Below, one piece after another: positions 52,939 through 64,000 of a DNA stretch of 64,000 nucleotides. The DNA is taken from NCBI GenBank assembly GCA_002633005.1, contig NMRA01000127.1, forward strand, positions 191,149-255,148. The letters are read 5' to 3'. The notes beneath the pieces were generated by a model. It saw only the letters and a list, made by a program, of their open reading frames with translations, made no database searches and was not told the origin of the DNA. How positions within the stretch are numbered: the stretch's first letter is position 1; each line of letters opens with the position of its first letter. The translations under genes and the position numbers were made by a program. This DNA comes from Phoronis australis. Taxonomy: Eukaryota > Animalia > Phoronida.

Positions 52939-53502
52939 TGTAGTAGAATAGTGGAGAATAACTCGACTTAGTAGCAGCGTTGTGTTGTGTTGTGGACAGT
53001 CTCGGTCCGTCAGTGAGATGGTTGTATTCAGTAACTAAGTGTGGAACACTCAATTACACTAGTAATGCAACTGGCAGTAGCAAGATGAGGACTGTCTTTA
53101 TTAGACAAGTGAACGGATTTATATACAAGTCACAAATATGTGGGTTGCATGCACTAAACTTTATGATTCAATATCCTACATGAAAATAACAGGAAGCAAC
53201 TCTAAAACTTTCACAACAATCATCTGAACTACTCTGTTGTGTTTGCCATATATGGTAATGGTCAGCTGTCTTTAGGCAATGTTTCTGTGAATGACCATTA
53301 CACAATCTTGTTTACTACAGAGATCATCAAAACATGTGTGGATGCACCGGATGGGTTGGTCGCTGACTCAGCTGACAGCCAAAACAAGTTTCTATAAACA
53401 AAAACAATTGTCTAGCAAAGAAATAATATCAATAAGTAATAACACTATCAAACTAACATACTAAGAATTATATGTATCATGAATGTCACAGATTTCATGA
53501 CA
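52939..53502 (-). mobile_element. Solo LTR (564 bp)
   Basis: TG...CA termini and a 5-bp TSD AGAAC. The empty site (AAAAGAACCGTTGAAT in minus-strand reading) is visible in the paralog near 26890. AATAAA on the minus strand at ~53097. Confidence 0.85.
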
Positions 53503-53518
53503 AGAACCGTTGAATAAT

Positions 53519-53836
53519 TCAACATAAATCACACAGTATACCGTGCTCACTCAAGTACTGAAGGTCCTCTTCATTCAAGTTTTCATCAGGGAAGGCTGGA
53601 TGAAAACAGAGGAGATGACAATATCGATGACAGTTGTAACACCTTAAATAGATATTACCGTTCACCAACGTTGTCACGAACCCTGCCTCGTTCAGCTCTT
53701 GTTCCTGTATCCACAAATAATCCTGAACTGTAGGGAAAAAATGAGAGACAACACAACGAATCAAATTTCGAAAATCATCGCCTTCGTGCAATTCCGTGTT
53801 GCTGTCACCAGACTGATGTTCTTTTCCAACGTCCAT
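53519..53836 (-). CDS. Intact 105-aa Cys/His zinc-finger (PHD-like) cargo ORF
   Basis: Acidic N-terminus, then C-x2-(S; C in other copy)...C-x2-C-x4-H-x2-C...C-x2-C*. Confidence 0.55.
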   Translation of the reverse strand: MDVGKEHQSGDSNTELHEGDDFRNLIRCVVSHFFPTVQDYLWIQEQELNEAGFVTTLVNGNIYLRCYNCHRYCHLLCFHPAFPDENLNEEDLQYLSEHGILCDLC

Positions 53837-54859
53837 GTAGAAAATCGACGTTGCAAGTGATGGAAACTTCTCTACACTCTCGTCCTTTGTTTCTAACCTT
53901 TAACCCATTTTTTAATAAAGGGGTGTACTGTTTTTGTCTCGTGTTGATAGTGCATAACTTTTGGTTTTACAATGTATTAATCGTGTTAAATGCATATATA
54001 TGAACTGGCTTAATTGAGATGCACAGCAAATAAATGTACTATAACACATTAAAGTTTTGAAAATATAAAGAGCAGTAACAGACACCCTAAAAATCAGGCT
54101 TGTTTTCGAAAGGTTTGCGCCTTTGGTGTCCTGATTGGTTGAATCGCTTGCGGCGGGAAAATGATAGACCCAGTTATTGTGCGAGTGTGCACTGTAGCAA
54201 TGCTTTGTGTCTTAGTTTTATTAGTCTAATCTGTTGATACAGTAAATTTCCTTATTTATGCCTGTAGTGTACAGTCGCACGCACATTAGATGTCTCTCTT
54301 GTTGTTGTTGTTGACCCAGCGGTTTACACACGTATAATAATAATACCGTAACAATGGCTCATAAAACTTTATTTATGATATGATACGATAAGATACGGCA
54401 AGATACGGCAAAATACGGTGAACGATTTACGATTCACGATACGGTTAAACCTGAAACAATTAATAAAGATAATGCAATATCTAATACAAATTGAAGTACC
54501 AAATACATCATACTAAAATACAGACAATTGCATATCTAGTAATATTATACCAACTCACAATTTGGCAAACAATAATTAGCAGAAACTTGTAGTTACAACA
54601 ATTTCTATTATAACACTTTCTATGAGTTAATCAAATAATCAAAGAACTGAGAATAGTTGTTTCTAAAGTCAAAATTTATAGTAAAACATCAAGAAACAAA
54701 GTTGTCTCTTACCAACGCTGGGTATCTGTGATATTTTTGAAGCAAGCAGCAGCCTCTCTCCAAGCAATATGAATTCTAGAGTAGCTAACAGAATATTTAT
54801 ACTGAACACAAGAAAGGTGGGCGAGATAATTCAAAACATGAAAACCCACAAACTTCCTC

Positions 54860-55570
54860 NNNNNNNNNNNNNNNNNNNNNNNNNNNNNNNNNNNNNNNNN
54901 NNNNNNNNNNNNNNNNNNNNNNNNNNNNNNNNNNNNNNNNNNNNNNNNNNNNNNNNNNNNNNNNNNNNNNNNNNNNNNNNNNNNNNNNNNNNNNNNNNNN
55001 NNNNNNNNNNNNNNNNNNNNNNNNNNNNNNNNNNNNNNNNNNNNNNNNNNNNNNNNNNNNNNNNNNNNNNNNNNNNNNNNNNNNNNNNNNNNNNNNNNNN
55101 NNNNNNNNNNNNNNNNNNNNNNNNNNNNNNNNNNNNNNNNNNNNNNNNNNNNNNNNNNNNNNNNNNNNNNNNNNNNNNNNNNNNNNNNNNNNNNNNNNNN
55201 NNNNNNNNNNNNNNNNNNNNNNNNNNNNNNNNNNNNNNNNNNNNNNNNNNNNNNNNNNNNNNNNNNNNNNNNNNNNNNNNNNNNNNNNNNNNNNNNNNNN
55301 NNNNNNNNNNNNNNNNNNNNNNNNNNNNNNNNNNNNNNNNNNNNNNNNNNNNNNNNNNNNNNNNNNNNNNNNNNNNNNNNNNNNNNNNNNNNNNNNNNNN
55401 NNNNNNNNNNNNNNNNNNNNNNNNNNNNNNNNNNNNNNNNNNNNNNNNNNNNNNNNNNNNNNNNNNNNNNNNNNNNNNNNNNNNNNNNNNNNNNNNNNNN
55501 NNNNNNNNNNNNNNNNNNNNNNNNNNNNNNNNNNNNNNNNNNNNNNNNNNNNNNNNNNNNNNNNNNNNNN
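54860..55570. other. Assembly gap (711 N)
   Basis: Run of N. Confidence 1.
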
Positions 55571-56996
55571 CCTGCGAACGGTTTAGGAGATACAGCCATA
55601 GGCGCAAAAAAACAAAACTGCCACTAGGAGGCGCCACAGTAGTCGAAATCGTCGGAAAATCATCGTCAACCATCCTCTACATAGTAAGCATATACATGCC
55701 AATTTTCACAATCATCCTTTGAGCGGTTTGGTTGATAGAGGGGTGGACGCACAAAAACAGACTCGAAAACACTAAAAATGGCCACTAGGTGGCGCAAACT
55801 ATGTCGAATCCATCTGAAAACGGGAGGATAGCGTCATCTCACTAATAGGTGCCTACATACCAAATTTCATGAAAATCCATTAAGGACTTGTGAAGATACA
55901 AAGGTAAGCGTAAAAAAATTAAAATTGCCACTAGGGGGCACACCGGTAGTCGGATCCGTCCAAAAGTCGTCATCTTCCGTTGTTAACATCATATAAATAT
56001 ACTTACACAATTTCGTAAAAATCCTGCGAACGGTTTAGGAGGTACAGCCATAGGCGAAAAAAAACTTCTACTAGGAGGCGCCACAGTAGTCGAAATCGTC
56101 GAAAAATCATCGTCAACCGTACTCTACATAGTAAGCATATACATGCCAATTTTCACAATCATCCTTTGAGTGGTTTGGTTGATAGAGGGGTTGACGCACA
56201 AAAACACTCGAAAACACTAAAAATAGCCACTAGGTGGCACAAACTATGTCGAATCCATCTGAAAACGGGAGGACAGTGTCATCTCATTAATAAGTGCTTA
56301 CATACTAAATTTCATGAAAATCCGTTCAGGACTTTTGAAGATACAAAAGTAAGCTTAAAGAACTAAAATTGCCACTAGGGGGCACACCGGTAGTCGGATC
56401 CGTCCGAAAGTTCGCACATGCCGTCCCATTCATGAATGGAACATATGTGCCAATTTTCATGAACATATGTCAAAGGGTTTTGGAGATAGAGCAGCGGACG
56501 CCGGACGCCAGACGCCGGTCGCCGGACGGACACCGCCCGTACGGACGGACGGACGGACGGACGGACGGACAGACGGACGGAGATGATGGCATAATGCGTC
56601 CACATATAAATATGTGGGCGCATAAAAAAGGCCACTAGGTGGCGCAAACTATGTCGAATCCATCTGAAAACGGCAGGATAGCGTCATCTCACTAATACGT
56701 GCCTACATACCAAATTTCATGAAAATCCGTTCAGGACTTTTGAAGATACAAGGGTAAGCGTAAAAAACTAAAATTGCCACTAGGGGCACACCGGTAGTCG
56801 GATCCGTCCGAAAGTTCGCACATGCCGTCCCATTCATGAATGGAACGTATGTGCCAAATTTTATAAACGTGTCAAAGGGTTTTGGAGATAGAGCAGCGGA
56901 CGCCGGACGCCGGACGGACGCCGCCCGTACGGACGGACGGACGGACGGAGATGACGTTATAATGCGTCCACATATAAATATGTGGGCGCATAAAAA
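55571..56996 (+). mobile_element. Helentron-associated (HINE/pearl/DINE-like) array: ~150-bp core repeats, (GGAC)n microsatellite, terminal hairpin, two tandem 3' ends
   Basis: Recurrent GCCACTAGG(A/T/G)GGC cores, and GGAC tracts at ~56540 and ~56930. Each tract is followed by the hairpin ATGCGTCCACATAT-AA-ATATGTGGGCGCAT plus AAAAA. Confidence 0.8.
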
Positions 56997-58059
56997 TCGG
57001 ATGTAATCATTTTAATAATGGTTTAAGGAGAATACCACCAAAAACAACGGGTTTTTTTTCGGTTCACCGTCTTTGTCGTTATCAATATCTGGGAATCGAG
57101 AAATGTCTTATGTAGCATATGTATTTACATACAGTATAAACTACATGGATATGCAATACATAGGTTAACAAATATCTTTTATCGAGAAATCGAGTATCAT
57201 GAAATCAATACCGTACAAACCATAGTTCTATCAACAACAAAGAATAGGTACAATTTACAAAACCACATCTACATGTGCGTCTCTGTTACAAATTAGCCCA
57301 CACCTCAGGTATTTTCGTAGCTACAAAATATACGAAATGTTCCGGAAGCACTTTCATCTCAAGCTGACCTGGAACCATTTGTCCATCGCAGTCTTCAAAT
57401 TTCCACTTCATCATGTTTTAGAAGCGGCATTAAACCCGTGTGTTTTCAGTCAAAATACACGTTGTTATTAAGGTTACTGCCTTTAATAAAATTGGTCTGA
57501 CCTTGTTCCAAATTCAGTTCAAAAGAGATTTCTGGTATCGAGAAAGACTGACATTTGCCCAGACGTAGCAATTAAAATATCAGGTCACGCCGGGTGACAT
57601 GGAATTTCATAAGCCTTGTTGCAAGCAATAACAAACTCAGCGATCGCGGCCTGAAATCACTTCAAAACAGAACAATTTGAGACCAATTGTGTAACAGCAT
57701 GTGGCCTAAAACAAAATGTGTTTTAACACAAGCACATTCCGCGCAGCAAACTAATACATTTTGTAGGAACTGCATGACTTGTGTCGATGACGAACTCACA
57801 AGTTGTAGCAGTTACCCACACGAGGTGGCGTTAAGTGGGGTGAACTACACTCAAGTTACGCTTGCAATACACGATTTGCAGGCTTAAACTAAACAAATAT
57901 GATGAAACACTGCCGAAACATTAATGCATTTTTATGCTTGCAACCATTCTGGTGCTTACCTATAAACATCTCACAAAATGTAATTAATATTAGCCAAGAA
58001 ACAATTTTCATTAAGACATATTTTGGCAGCCATATTTCCTCAAGATCGTCTGACAAATG

Positions 58060-58830
58060 GCTTCCACAAACAACACTTTCCAAACGGAAACCTTAAAGCA
58101 TTATTAGCCTCTGCTGGGTGACTCCCGGTGTCGCAAAAGACATTTCTTCAACATAAGCCACACCGTTGTCAAGTAAATGGCTATTGCAAACAACCCAGAC
58201 CCAACTTTCTATCTGGGTATTTTGAAGTCCTCAAATGAAACATCGTCTCTTTCGAGTTACAAACACCTTCCTCAACAACGCTTTCCATCTTAGATTTTTA
58301 GCGTTCTTAGGTGAAACATTGTTTTCGGTTGAGTTACTACTGCAGACATCTCCCTCGTCAACACTTTCCAATCAGAGGCATATAGGTGCTCTCATGTAAA
58401 ACATTGTCGTCTGGTGGGTGACTACGCAAACACCTCCGTCGCCAACATTTTCTTGGCTTCACGTTCATTGCTACGGGCTGTTGAGTGACTAGAGCAAAGT
58501 ACTGTACAACTAACCTCATCAAAGCTTTCCACGAATAAATATTTTGGTGTCCATATTATCTTCCCTTCAGTGATTATTGTAAACGATATCTGATCTCCCT
58601 CACCAAAACTTTACATCAAGAACTAACACCGCATCTTCAAGTCAAATATTACGGTAGGCTGCAGCAAACGATGTCTCCCTCATCAAGACTTTATATCTAG
58701 AAACGCTCTCGCGTAATTAATGAATTAGTTTCATCTACTGCAGACTGACTACTTCAACGACATCGACAATATTTTCCATCCAAAAATAGTCTCACGTCCT
58801 CAAGTCAAAAGTACCCTCTGTTGAGTAATT
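58060..58830. repeat. Old degenerate ~83-bp tandem repeat downstream of the calmodulin-like stop
   Basis: Motif (A/G)xxTCCCTCxTCAAxACTTT recurs at ~58260, 58345, 58430, 58510, 58590, 58670 and 58755. Confidence 0.55.
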
Positions 58831-58981
58831 ACTGAAAAACTTAGGGATGAGGTATGGGCAGTGGGCATGTTTACATATTAAACTGATATGACGTCATACT
58901 TCAAGACTGTTGTACACAACCTATGTTATATCACTGCTCTTCCAAGAGCATCACAGACCAGCGTGAATATATTTGGTTGCC

Positions 58982-59274
58982 CTACGTGCCTGCACACTCC
59001 ACGCTCGCTAAAGGCGCTTTTGGGATGTCTAGTGAGGGCAAAGACGACTCCCGGGATTGACTAGGACTCTGCGTTGTCTTAGTGATATCAGCGCCATTTT
59101 GTTCACTGTCACTTTTGTCTTTCTTCTTCTTGGAACTCTTCCTACGGAAAAGTCTGTCCTTCAAGGACGGCCGTTTAGGTTTGGAAACGGCCTCTAAGTT
59201 ATTGTTTCTAACAAGTCGTTCCTTTTGCTTCTTGTTATGTTGAACAATCAGCCGATGGGTGAATGCTAAGAAAT
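58982..59274 (-). CDS. Calmodulin-like protein, probable last coding exon: end of EF4 plus a long basic C-terminal tail
   Basis: Strong acceptor TTTTGCTTTTTACAG in the right phase gives (D)FLAFTHRLIVQHNKKQKERL...KRPSLKDRLFRRKSSKKKKDK...VECAGT*. It stays open for about 97 codons. The extreme C-terminus could be spliced further. Confidence 0.75.
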
Positions 59275-59731
59275 CTGTAAAAAGCAAAATACGGCATTGG
59301 CGTCCCGCAATAATGCATACGTTAATAGAAACATAACAGAATGAAAGATAACAGTTTTGCTGCAGTTCTGTAGCATTCAAAATACCAGCATGCTACGCAG
59401 TGAAAGTTATAGAACAATGATTCACTAGCAGGTTGCTTTTCGAGTGGTGTTGCGCAAAAGTGACGAGTGACGGTCACGTAATTTTTCAACAAACTATTTC
59501 GTAAATCAAATTTATGCAAGCGAAGTCATTAAATTTTTTGAGACTCCTAAAATGACTACGTCCAAAATTTGTTAAATCAAGATACTATCCTGGAAGTGTT
59601 CTTACTCATGACAAGTCGCTTGAGTCTATGCCCTTCTAGGCAAGGTACGAAGTTTGAGTCGCACGCAAGTTACTTATAATAATAAGTAAAAAGAAAGATC
59701 TAAGTGGAACGTAAAGAAGCAAGGTGCCCAC

Positions 59732-59863
59732 CTTCATAATTAACCAAACCGTCTCCGTCAAGATCGGCTTCTTTTATCATCTCGTCAAGCTCTTCGTCAG
59801 TGAGTTTCTCGCCAAGGTTCGACATCACGTGACGCAGCTCGGCAGCACTGATAACGCCGTTCC
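59732..59863 (-). CDS. Calmodulin-like protein, internal exon (EF3-EF4)
   Basis: 132-nt phase 1-1 exon encoding (G)[43 protein letters not shown], with acceptor TCTCAG and donor GAAG|GTGGGC. Confidence 0.93.
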
Positions 59864-60140
59864 CTGAGACGAAACTGGATGGTTAGTTCACAGGAAACGT
59901 TATGTGAGACTGAACAGAAATCTATCGTCACAAATGAGTTTTTAGTCAAAATTGGTATTCAAAAGTCAGATCTTAGCGCGTGTTGTAAAGGGCCAGAAAA
60001 TATAACCCATTGTTAAAGAGACTGTACTGTGACTAAGACGTTCTGTACTGCTGTCAATCAACGCTTGAGTTCAGAAACACAAATTTCATTGATAATTTCC
60101 CGTCGAGAGATATTTTCTTTGATAAAGTACATGCTATATT

Positions 60141-60404
60141 CAGTGGCGGATTTAGGGGGGCCAAGGGGGCCATGCCCTCCCTCCTAAAATTCTCCCAGAT
60201 ACCATTTGGCAGTTCGAGATGCGAATTGCTGACTAGCAAATGCCCTGAACAAAACCCGTTTACCGTTTAATTAGTAATAAGGTCTACAAACCCAAATATT
60301 CGAGAACCCTGCATGCCTACATTTCAGGCTGGGCGCGCGCATGTCGCGAAATTCTGGTTATTCCTGTGCCCTGCCACCNACTCAAAATCCTGGATCCGCC
60401 CCTG
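60141..60404. mobile_element. CAGTGGCGGAT-type MITE with 5-bp TSD (relatives 17297-17551, 25545-25780, 28091-28427)
   Basis: TIRs CAGTGGCGGAT...ATCCGCCCCTG. TSD ATATT here, GAATT at 28091-28427 and CCTAA/CCTAG at 25545-25780. Confidence 0.8.
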
Positions 60405-60675
60405 ATATTCTGGAAAATGCCACGTTTACAGATAAAGACTCAAAAATGTGATTCCTTAGACTGGACTTCTTAGGAAGGGGTGTTGTTCAGGTGCATTCAA
60501 ATGGAAAATGGTTTTGGGAAAGTGAGACTACCATATTGTCGTCACAAATGTTTCACGTCATAATTGTTATCTAGCAGTTCCATCTTTGCCGCTTATGCCA
60601 ACAGAAAGTTGTTATGTTTTGAGCAAGATGTTCTCCTCTATTATAAATACCTATTTCCAAAATCCCCAGAGGTAC

Positions 60676-61157
60676 TTAACCAAGGTACCAAAATTACGCG
60701 GTTAAGGGACCCATAAACACGGTCACGGACGCATGAACACGACTCACGTACCTGCAAACACCGTTCACTGACTGAGAAACACGGGAGCAGACTCACAAAG
60801 CATGATCCATTCACTCAAATACACGGGGCACGGACTCACATTCACGAAGAAGCACGGTTAACGAACCGCCAAACATGGCTCACTCCGAGAAAGCATGCCA
60901 TAAACACGGGTCACGGACCCATCGGCTTCCAGCTGACATATACATTTTGTCCCTAAACTGTGTCTGGCGGTCCGTTAACCGTGTTTCATCGTGAATGTGA
61001 GTCCGTGTCCGTGTATTTGGGTGAATGGATCGTGTTTTGTGAGTCCGTTCCGTGTTTGTGAGTCAGTGAACGGTGTTTGCAGGTACGTGACTCGTGTTCA
61101 TGCGTCCATGACCGTGTTTATGAGTCCCTCAACCATGTAGTTTAGGTACCTTGTTAA
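60676..61157. repeat. Foldback element with ~200-bp inverted arms in the calmodulin-like intron
   Basis: 60676-60875 is the approximate reverse complement of 60961-61157, with TTAA at both ends. Confidence 0.85.
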
Positions 61158-61681
61158 CGTCTGGTCAGTAGATATTTTCTTTGAGTAATTATGCGCATCA
61201 GATATAATTTATTTATTGATGTTTTGGAAAAATGACATTTACCGATAAAGACTCAGAGATGTTACTCCTTCGATTTTCAACTGAATTTTATAGGACGGAG
61301 TTGTTACAGAGCTTTCAAATGAAAAAATGTCCTTAACTGTGAAGAAAAAACAGGTAGAAGATGGCATTTTTGTTTCTTGCATATTGGCTAGACTAAATTT
61401 GATGTCCGATCTCGAAATGCGCGTTTGGGTGGCTGTGTTCGTGTCTGCGATTTTGCTTGTATATGTCATACTAGTCCTATAAATTATTTCAAATTCATTT
61501 GTTTGTATGTGTAATGCCTGAAGGGCAATGCAAATTACCTAGGTATCTACATTTCTTAAGAGTGACTGCGCGATTAGACTCTTAAGTTCGCTACAATACT
61601 ACTTCCCTCGTGAAAACAAAACTGCTCGTTGATGGAAGGGTACAAAGCAGTGTACTTCCGTTCGAGCTTAGCGCCACCTAC

Positions 61682-61792
61682 CATCTTTGTCGAATACTTT
61701 GAATGCTTCTCTGAGCTCTTCTTCACAGTCCGTCTCTTTCATCTTCTTTGACATCATGAGTAGGAATTCGTCGAAGTCAATTGTGCCATTTC
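61682..61792 (-). CDS. Calmodulin-like protein, internal exon (EF2 loop end to EF3 start); upstream exons lie outside the window
   Basis: AG/GT-bounded 111-nt phase 1-1 exon encoding (G)[36 protein letters not shown](G), clearly homologous to calmodulin residues ~60-96. Confidence 0.93.
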
Positions 61793-63706
61793 CTGCGAAC
61801 AAGAAGGCCGAGTTATTACCATCACAAAGTAAGACTTAGAAAGAGAGGACGTTTTGTCTGTTTGACTGTGCCAAGCCTCACCAATATGTCGCAAGCCAGC
61901 TAGTTGAATTAGACTAGCATCCAAATACAGTAGACAATACTTAGCCCTGAAACAATGTACGGGCTTTCAATCTTGTTTAAGGGTCGGTTTACCGACTACC
62001 AAACACATAGATATCGAAATTTTATACTGTCCGAGTAATTCTGCTCGTTACTTGGTTATGAAACTCAGTCAACATGTAGAGCTAATGACCGGATGGGGGG
62101 CACATAAAATGTAGGTACCAATCGACTCTCACCTTATCCAGTGCAGCCGTTTACATGAAAAAGAATCTCAATAGACATCATTTTCTTGCAGCATTCTCCG
62201 GTTTTTGCAGTATCAGTGTACCCCCCGACCGACACCGTACCCAGGATTGACAACCTCATGATTTTCGTTCAATAGACAAGTATTTAACAGTGTTATCACT
62301 TACTCTGACTTCCGTTCCAAGTCTCAGAAACTAGCAGCGTGCCATCTTTTTTATCGAAACGCGAGCGCGCAAAATCTTGTTGTTTTGAACGTGGGTAATG
62401 ACAAGTAGAGGACGCAGGCGACTGGACAGTTTCCATTTTTGAAAAATTAGCAAAATTCGAGTCAGAAAAGTACACAAAATGGTACTGGAAATCCCTATAC
62501 TTAATTTAATTGAATTACTATTTGTCAGGAAAACACCCAGAGACGTGATCTCGGAAACGTTCAGTTGTGGGGTGTCGATCGTGGGTGCACACTTTTGTAA
62601 ACCAAGTGAGTTGTCCGCTACCGCTTGCAAAAGTTTAGTCTCTTGACCAATTTTCTCTTATGTGACACCATTCGAAAGTCCATTAAAATATGATGTTTTG
62701 CTACAAATTGGGTAATCTTTTCCAAAAATACCACAGAATTTACACGGAAGTGCAAAATGCGGTAAAAAGGTGTCGAGAATGGGTACACTGTTGCTAACAA
62801 AGAACAATCTGTCGTCGACATGAAAACAGTACGTTTGTGGCACGCACACACCCATTTGCTAATTTTTGCCACATCTTTTGGAAGATGAGGACAGCTTTGC
62901 CGAAGCAGAATCTGCTCAGAAATTCGGTATAACGTTTAGTTGTGAACTGTGCGCAACCTTGTGGAAGAAGGACTGAATCCAAAATTGGCCAATAGGTAGC
63001 GCTCTATTTCATGGCGCTGAAAGCCGACGCACACCACAAATTTTGCAGTAGAATGACGGTAATTTCTTAGCACCCGTGACGTACTTGCTTTACTTAAGAG
63101 TGTAGTTTTAAATGGCATTAATTTTGTGTTACATTTTATTTCGTCTGGTTTAACTACATCATTCCAAAGCTGTATATTTATGCATTTTTGTACAAAGGTT
63201 TATAAATCGTCAAATTCAAACTACGGTTAGACGTATTTTAAACAAGCCCCGACAAAATACCTTCCACGAGATCCAGTACATTGTACAATAGTGGTAAACA
63301 ACAGCAGTTAACTCGCCTTGTTTCAGACCTTGAATTTTACTTTTTCTGGCAAAGACAAAATCAAAACAAAGCGATCCTTCATGTTTTTTTTTCGGTGCCC
63401 CAACATTATATCCACACCGATTGTTAAGTTATACATAATTTCATGGATAGCCCTGTAATGCATCGCCCATAGACAATGAGCGGTGCAGCACTGAAATAAG
63501 TGGGGGGCTATAGCCCTCGAGGCCCCTCAGGTACGCCACCCATGGTCATGCCTTAGTTCAGCACATGAGGGTAAGATGTCATGTGCACATGCTGCATCGC
63601 TTTATGGGCAGAGAAAGAAATATTCAGGGAAGCTTGAGTGTGACCAGACAATTGCAACAGTCGTCGCTGTGCTAATACATCACAACAAAAAGAGGAAATT
63701 TATTTT

Positions 63707-64000
63707 AAACAAGAGCAACGCGGAGCGTTGAAATGCGCCCACAATTGCACCGCATACGGTATCCTTCTAGGGTTGTTTGTTGGTACCATAAAGTGGCCAG
63801 TAGAGGGCATACTTTGCAAAATGGAAAGGCATGGTCATTGTCTCCTCAATAGGCTAGGGGCAAAATGTGAGTAATCTTCATAATACAAGCACATCCTATA
63901 CACCAGTTGCTTAAAGCACCACAGAAACATAGAATTAAAAACAAATTTACCAACATACGAGATTAGCACAGCATTAGAATGCCAGAAACAAATTTCTACT
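63707..64000 (+). mobile_element. Probable 5' end of another HINE-type element
   Basis: AAACAAGAGC...ATGCGCCCAC matches the hairpin arm of the 3' ends at 56592 and 56961. Confidence 0.45.

Larger units (their letters stand above)
52299..54262 (-). mobile_element. Second, inverted and partial copy of the P-like element (matches ~26133-27368)
   Basis: Begins with TIR CATAGATTATA..GCAACTCCG at 52299 and is a colinear reverse complement through the cargo ORF and promoter. Interrupted by a solo LTR and cut off at 54263. Confidence 0.85.

Noticed and set aside
54709-55722. Long ORFs of 280-317 aa in the ORF track
   Set aside because: Artefacts of translating through the N gap.
61800-64000. Upstream calmodulin exons (EF1-EF2)
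   Set aside because: No EF-hand-coding segment found on the minus strand; they presumably lie beyond the window.

Overview
Eukaryotic, AT-rich and repeat-dense DNA from an animal, most likely a marine invertebrate judging by its repeat families, with spliceosomal introns and one 711-nt N gap. Host genes: (1) two tandem paralogous 467-aa class A peptide-receptor-like GPCRs on the minus strand (13102-14505, 39174-40577). Each has an intronless CDS and a probable non-coding 5' exon. A third copy of that exon at the left edge implies another paralog just outside the window. (2) The 3' exons of a calmodulin-like gene on the minus strand (61792 to 58982) whose last EF-hand runs into a ~90-aa basic, Ser-rich tail. 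The rest is mostly mobile DNA: decayed L1/Tx1, CR1/L2, RTE-X-like and Penelope pieces, gypsy fragments and a solo LTR, Harbinger-, Kolobok-, pogo- and IS3EU-like remnants, 5-bp-TSD MITEs, a tRNA-derived SINE and Helentron/HINE-type arrays. The most notable element is a 3.25-kb P-element-like transposon (TIRs, 7-bp TSD, THAP exon). It carries a small Cys/His zinc-finger ORF behind an E2F/CCAAT-type promoter and is present in two copies. All family calls come from reading motifs by eye, not from database searches.
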